Origin: a virus
Strand: one strand, 5' to 3'
Virus record (IMG/VR): IMGVR_UViG_3300022744_000001
Location: 130,022-194,021 of that record
DNA: 64,000 nucleotides
Under the pieces are notes generated by a model. It had not been told where the DNA came from. It did no database searches and saw only the letters and a program-made list of their open reading frames with translations. The stretch's first letter is position 1; each line of letters begins with the position of its first letter. Of this stretch, positions 62,482 to 64,000 are shown piece after piece. The translations under genes were made by a program, and so were the position numbers.

Positions 62482-62874
62482 ATGCCAGACACGTTTGACT
62501 TCAAAGCGGGAGACCTCGTTCGAATCGCCGTTCAACCGGCGGACCAACTCGCGCAAATTGTAGGGAAAGTTGGGATCCTCAACGAGGTTGACGAAAGGAG
62601 CGCTTCCATTTCCGCGTTCAACTTGGATGGGCGGGGCAATGGGGCGGGAACCGTCCCCCTTTCCTGCCTGGTCCTCGAGACCCGCCCCGAGTGGGTTCGA
62701 GCCAAGCAACTCCGGGAGGAAGAGCAGGCTCGGTACAATGCTCGAGCGGACGCCGCCGCCGCGAAGTGGGACAAGAGCGTGGATGAGGTAGCCCAGAAAT
62801 ACGGGGTCTCTGCTCTGACCGCCGTGTGCATCTACCAGGACCTCAGCGCGGCCCACCGAGACAGCTGGCGCTAG
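62482..62874 (+). CDS. hypothetical protein
   Basis: ATCGGTGTAGTTTCCGGGCATG motif at the start. Confidence 0.55.
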   Translation: MPDTFDFKAGDLVRIAVQPADQLAQIVGKVGILNEVDERSASISAFNLDGRGNGAGTVPLSCLVLETRPEWVRAKQLREEEQARYNARADAAAAKWDKSVDEVAQKYGVSALTAVCIYQDLSAAHRDSWR

Positions 62875-63221
62875 GGCAGGTCTTCTTCGTTCGAGGCGTC
62901 GGGCAGAACTGTCCATGACCCTTCGAACGAAGAGGCATCGATCTCAACATCCCAGTTGGAGTCCACCCAGTAGATGTGGAATCCGGGCCGGGCAAAATGC
63001 AGGCGTCCCGCGGATGACCAGCGAAACACTAGGTCGCCATCGAGCTGGAATCGTGCGAGAGGGTTCGCTTGCAGGGCGGGCAGTACGCCACCCAGGAACG
63101 ATGTGTCTTCGGGCCAAGGCATACTACAGCGGAGGATAGAAAGACTTTCAATGCTTGATTCCCACCGCGAGATCCAATAGTTTCTAAAGTCAAGGTTGAC
63201 CGCTGGGCTTGAGAGGGCCAT
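62871..63221 (-). CDS. hypothetical protein
   Basis: 116 aa, Trp-rich. Confidence 0.45.
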   Translation of the reverse strand: MALSSPAVNLDFRNYWISRWESSIESLSILRCSMPWPEDTSFLGGVLPALQANPLARFQLDGDLVFRWSSAGRLHFARPGFHIYWVDSNWDVEIDASSFEGSWTVLPDASNEEDLP

Positions 63222-63243
63222 GGAAGCGGCGAGTTAACCTGGG

Positions 63244-63291
63244 GCCCGGGGTAGAGCCTTTCCTACCGGGCCTTTTTTATCGGGGTTCCCA
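63244..63291 (+). terminator. intrinsic terminator
   Basis: GGCCCGGGGTAG-agcctttc-CTACCGGGCC stem-loop followed by TTTTTTAT. Confidence 0.6.
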
Positions 63292-64000
63292 TGAAGCTCC
63301 TGACTCGTGACCAGTTTCGTGACCAGGTATTCGCTCGAGACAGAAACCGTTGTGTTTTCTGCCCTAAACCTGCCGTCGATGCCCACCACATCCTGGAACG
63401 GAGGTTGTGGCCTGATGGGGGTTATTACCTGGACAATGGGGCCTCGGTTTGCGAAGAGCACCACCTGGCTTGCGAGCGTACCGACTTCTCGGTTGAGGAG
63501 GTTCGAAAGGCATGCGGGATCACTCGAGTCGTTCTGCCCCCACACTTGAGCGAGGAGGATGCCTACGACAAGTGGGGCAACCAGGTGCTCCCCAACGGGC
63601 AGCGGCTCCGGGGCGAGCTGTTCCACACGGAGCCCGTCCAGAAGATGCTGGCGGACAAGCTCACGCTGTTCACCCCCTGGGTCAAGTACCCAAGAACATT
63701 GCATTTGCCGTGGTCTCCGGGCCTCAAAGGAGACGACAAACTCATCGACTCCCTGGCTGCCTTTGAGGGCCAGCGGGTCATCGTGACCGAGAAAATGGAT
63801 GGCGAGAACACGACGCTGTACCGCGGCTATATGCATGCTCGGAGCGTCGATGGTCGCCACCACCTCTCACGGGACTGGGTCAAGCAGTTCCACGGGGGCA
63901 TCCAGCATGACATCCCCGAGGGTTGGCGCGTCTGCGGGGAGAACGTCTATGCAGAGCACTCCATCCCCTACTCGGACCTGCGTAGCTACTTCCTCGGCTT
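63291..64000 (+). CDS. HNH domain fused to ATP-dependent RNA ligase-like nucleotidyltransferase (3' end truncated by the window)
   Basis: N-terminal CVFCPKP...DAHHILERR...CEEHH HNH motif; then KYPRTLHLPWSPG and the TEKMDGEN KxDG adenylyltransferase motif I. Confidence 0.7.
   Translation, partial: MKLLTRDQFRDQVFARDRNRCVFCPKPAVDAHHILERRLWPDGGYYLDNGASVCEEHHLACERTDFSVEEVRKACGITRVVLPPHLSEEDAYDKWGNQVLPNGQRLRGELFHTEPVQKMLADKLTLFTPWVKYPRTLHLPWSPGLKGDDKLIDSLAAFEGQRVIVTEKMDGENTTLYRGYMHARSVDGRHHLSRDWVKQFHGGIQHDIPEGWRVCGENVYAEHSIPYSDLRSYFLG

Noticed and set aside
62002-62916. 304-aa minus-strand ORF
   Set aside because: Antisense to three compact plus-strand genes, two of them with motif-bearing starts; Arg/Pro/Leu-rich.
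1-64000. Search for a CRISPR array, integrase/att sites, transposase or rRNA
   Set aside because: No regularly spaced direct repeats, no tyrosine or serine recombinase motifs and no ribosomal RNA signatures were seen. Absence is based on manual reading only.

Overview
This is a GC-rich window of roughly 60% GC, densely packed with more than 140 mostly short ORFs. The ORFs are tightly spaced or overlapping and run in alternating strand blocks. I found no rRNA, tRNA, CRISPR array, integrase or transposase. The gene content is phage-like: a beta-helix tailspike-like protein, four HNH nuclease domains, an HNH-RNA ligase fusion, Tpt1/KptA, a NADAR protein, a lambda-type phosphatase, an SspB-like adaptor, and many orphan small secreted, membrane or Zn-ribbon proteins. 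More than 30 genes are preceded by a conserved ~19-nt motif (CGGTGTA-N6-8-GGGCATG) whose 3' end is the start codon, which suggests one promoter class producing leaderless transcripts. A second dyad-containing motif precedes three consecutive genes. I therefore read the window as an early/accessory region of a large phage or prophage, not core chromosome. The only recognisable cellular-type operon is an ABC importer with an unusual binding-protein-OmpA fusion. The most unusual content is a dispersed set of NAD/ADP-ribose and RNA-end-processing enzymes: Tpt1, NADAR, a NudC-like Nudix, a SLOG-like protein, a PP-lambda phosphatase and the HNH-RNA ligase. There is also a previously unseen fusion of a CoaB-like (phosphopantothenate-cysteine-ligase fold) domain to a class II aldolase-like domain, apparently co-transcribed with the Nudix gene. 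All functional calls rest on motif recognition by eye and no database search was possible. Coordinates of starts inferred inside ORF-track entries may be off by a codon.
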